Assembly (NCBI GenBank): GCA_963835065.1
Contig: CAWIEK010000051.1
Location: 1-64,000, forward strand
DNA: 64,000 nt
Source: an uncultured Chthonomonadaceae bacterium
GTDB lineage: Bacteria > Armatimonadota > Chthonomonadetes > Chthonomonadales > Chthonomonadaceae
Direction: 5' to 3'
Shown: positions 62,203 through 64,000 of the stretch, in pieces
How positions within the stretch are numbered: the first letter of the stretch is position 1
How the letters are laid out: each line of letters opens with the position of its first letter
Made by a program: the position numbers and the translations under genes
Notes under the pieces: model-generated
Database searches by the model: none
Seen by the model: the letters and a program-made list of their open reading frames with translations, nothing else
Told to the model about the DNA's origin: nothing

Positions 62203-64000
62203 CTATGGATACACGCCTTTGTCGTAAAAGCGGATTTCGACGCGGTGTACGGATTTGGGGTTGCTCCCGGAACCGCCTGCCAACTCAATGCGGTTTGCCT
62301 CGCCGAACCGAACCATTGGCGTCACGTTGAAAACCGTTACCTGCTCCCGTATCTGTTCGCTGCGCTTCAGCAACTGGCCGTTGATGAGGAGGGAGAACCT
62401 GTCTCCCGTTGCCTCATAATAGATGACGACATTGCGGCCTTTGCGCGCGGCGTCAATCACCACATCGCGGCTCAGGAACATGCCCGTGAAGGTGCCGGGA
62501 ATCTGTACGTCACTCGTTTTGCGCAGCGGGTCGGCGTAGGCTGTCCACGTTCCCGCGAGGTCTTGTTGTTCGTGAGCATCCGGCAGATAGTACAGCCAGA
62601 TGGGGCCGTGTGAGCCGGTCAGCGTGGATTTGCCCTGTATGTCAAGGGCCAGCAGATGCGTGGTTCCCGGCTTGAGTATGCCGCCAAGCGCGTCGAAATA
62701 CGGCCCGTCCACGCTTTTCCGCCCGCCCTGCCACGCCGCGCCATCCACAAACAGCCGCGTGTCATAAGCAAACTGCGCGCCCGGAATATCGGCGCATAAC
62801 ACGATCTGCCCCGCCGTCCAGTGCGCGGGCACGGTGAATGTCCGGCGCAGCAAGTGGCGCTTCGCGGTTTTATCTCCCGGCGCAAGCCACAACCCCAACG
62901 GCCTCCGCTCCCACGCCTTATTGTCCACGCCCGGTTGCGCCAGCATTGCGGCCTGTTCGTCGCTTTGCCCCGCAATGTTTTTGTATGCCCAATTCTGCGT
63001 CAGATCAAGGGAAAAGCGCTGCATGTCGGAAGGAGTGGGCAGTTTTTTGGCCGGCGGCTTTACGGTTCCCTGCCACCAGTTGCGCTGCAATCGCAGCCAT
63101 TCCAGTGGGGAAGCCGTCACGTCCGCGCGGGGCGAAACCATCATGCGCGTCTGGCAGGGAGCCAGCGTAATGCCGGGCACTTTATCGCCGCGCGGGTCAC
63201 GAACCACTTCCAATTGCTGCCCGCTCACCACATCCGTCAGGCTTGCGGGGTGAACGTTGGGCAGGAAGGCCAGATCGGTTGCCATCGCGGTATCGGATTC
63301 GTTGAACAGAATCCAGATGTCGTGCAGGCCCGTGTTGCCGATGAAATGCCGCAGATGCAGACCGCGCTGTGGCGCAACCGCAGCGGGAACCCGGTCCGCA
63401 ACGCCGAAATGCCGCAGCAATGCGCTGATGAGCGCGACAAACCGCTCGTCCCGCAAGTCCACGCCGACATGAACGATCCAGCCTGCGCCAAGCGGCCTCA
63501 TGCCGACAGCGACCGCGCCATCCTCCCAAACGGCAAGCGCGCGGCAGTCGGGCGCAGCGGGTTTCAATGCAAGACCCGCCGCCCGCGTCTGGAGCGGCAA
63601 ATCGGCGGGCGTCAATATGTTCTGGCCGGGAACCGGCGACAGCGAACGACCCTCATTCCAATTCTGCTGCCGCGTCACTTCATACCCGCTCAGTTTGCAA
63701 ATAGGCCAGGCGTCCGGCTGTGTTGGCGTATGGCGTCCCGTTTGCCCATACGTGACGAACACGCCGCCCTGCCGCGCGAATGTTTCGATGCCGCCAATCA
63801 ACTCCTCGTCCATGAACACAGAATTGGAGTCAATAATCACGCGGTACTTGCTGACGACGGGCGTACCGAAGTCCTTTGCGCCAATCCCGTCACGCGGACA
63901 GTAGTTCAGCAAATGGCCTGCCGCGTTGAAGCCGGAATAGTAGCCGCCCTGACTGCCCGGTTCCGGCGTCCAGGGGAAGCCTGTCAGCCAGGCGTTTGGC
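62203..64000 (-). CDS. C-terminal part of a large glycoside-hydrolase-like protein (5' end outside window)
   Basis: Frame stays open to the window edge; trimerisation-like segment (YRVIID...FARQGGVFV) followed by galactose-binding-like domains. Confidence 0.62.
   Translation of the reverse strand, partial: PNAWLTGFPWTPEPGSQGGYYSGFNAAGHLLNYCPRDGIGAKDFGTPVVSKYRVIIDSNSVFMDEELIGGIETFARQGGVFVTYGQTGRHTPTQPDAWPICKLSGYEVTRQQNWNEGRSLSPVPGQNILTPADLPLQTRAAGLALKPAAPDCRALAVWEDGAVAVGMRPLGAGWIVHVGVDLRDERFVALISALLRHFGVADRVPAAVAPQRGLHLRHFIGNTGLHDIWILFNESDTAMATDLAFLPNVHPASLTDVVSGQQLEVVRDPRGDKVPGITLAPCQTRMMVSPRADVTASPLEWLRLQRNWWQGTVKPPAKKLPTPSDMQRFSLDLTQNWAYKNIAGQSDEQAAMLAQPGVDNKAWERRPLGLWLAPGDKTAKRHLLRRTFTVPAHWTAGQIVLCADIPGAQFAYDTRLFVDGAAWQGGRKSVDGPYFDALGGILKPGTTHLLALDIQGKSTLTGSHGPIWLYYLPDAHEQQDLAGTWTAYADPLRKTSDVQIPGTFTGMFLSRDVVIDAARKGRNVVIYYEATGDRFSLLINGQLLKRSEQIREQVTVFNVTPMVRFGEANRIELAGGSGSNPKSVHRVEIRFYDKGVYP

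Overview
GC-rich bacterial chromosome segment. The PEP-CTERM tail style, DUF1592/DUF1552 pair, STAND adenylate cyclase and secreted glycan-active proteins suggest Armatimonadota, but that is inference. Left to right: a DUF1592/DUF1552 pair; a Phd-RelE/ParE TA module; an adenylate cyclase-STAND-TPR protein; secreted glycan-active, ankyrin and C25 peptidase genes; and a ~13.5 kb ABC-type glycan locus with ONE wzm but TWO wzt paralogues that have unrelated C-terminal domains, each followed by a SAM methyltransferase. Next come a PEP-CTERM GDSL esterase, an RRM protein, and a low-GC islet (34.8-37.4 kb) resembling a collapsed malectin-toxin/immunity locus, whose ankyrin gene is split by a MITE flanked by a 152-bp duplication. 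A second polysaccharide export operon follows (SLBB/KpsD-like and co-polymerase-like proteins, both with long Asn/Gly-rich tracts, plus Wzx), then a GH2. The 53-62 kb region is a mosaic of TA genes, duplicated gene fragments, an IS1595 remnant missing from the ORF track, an IS5 and an ISL3 with a nested IS630. GTAG-type REP palindromes punctuate the glycan locus. About nine genes carry single frameshifts that are most simply assembly indels. No rRNA, tRNA or CRISPR array was recognised.
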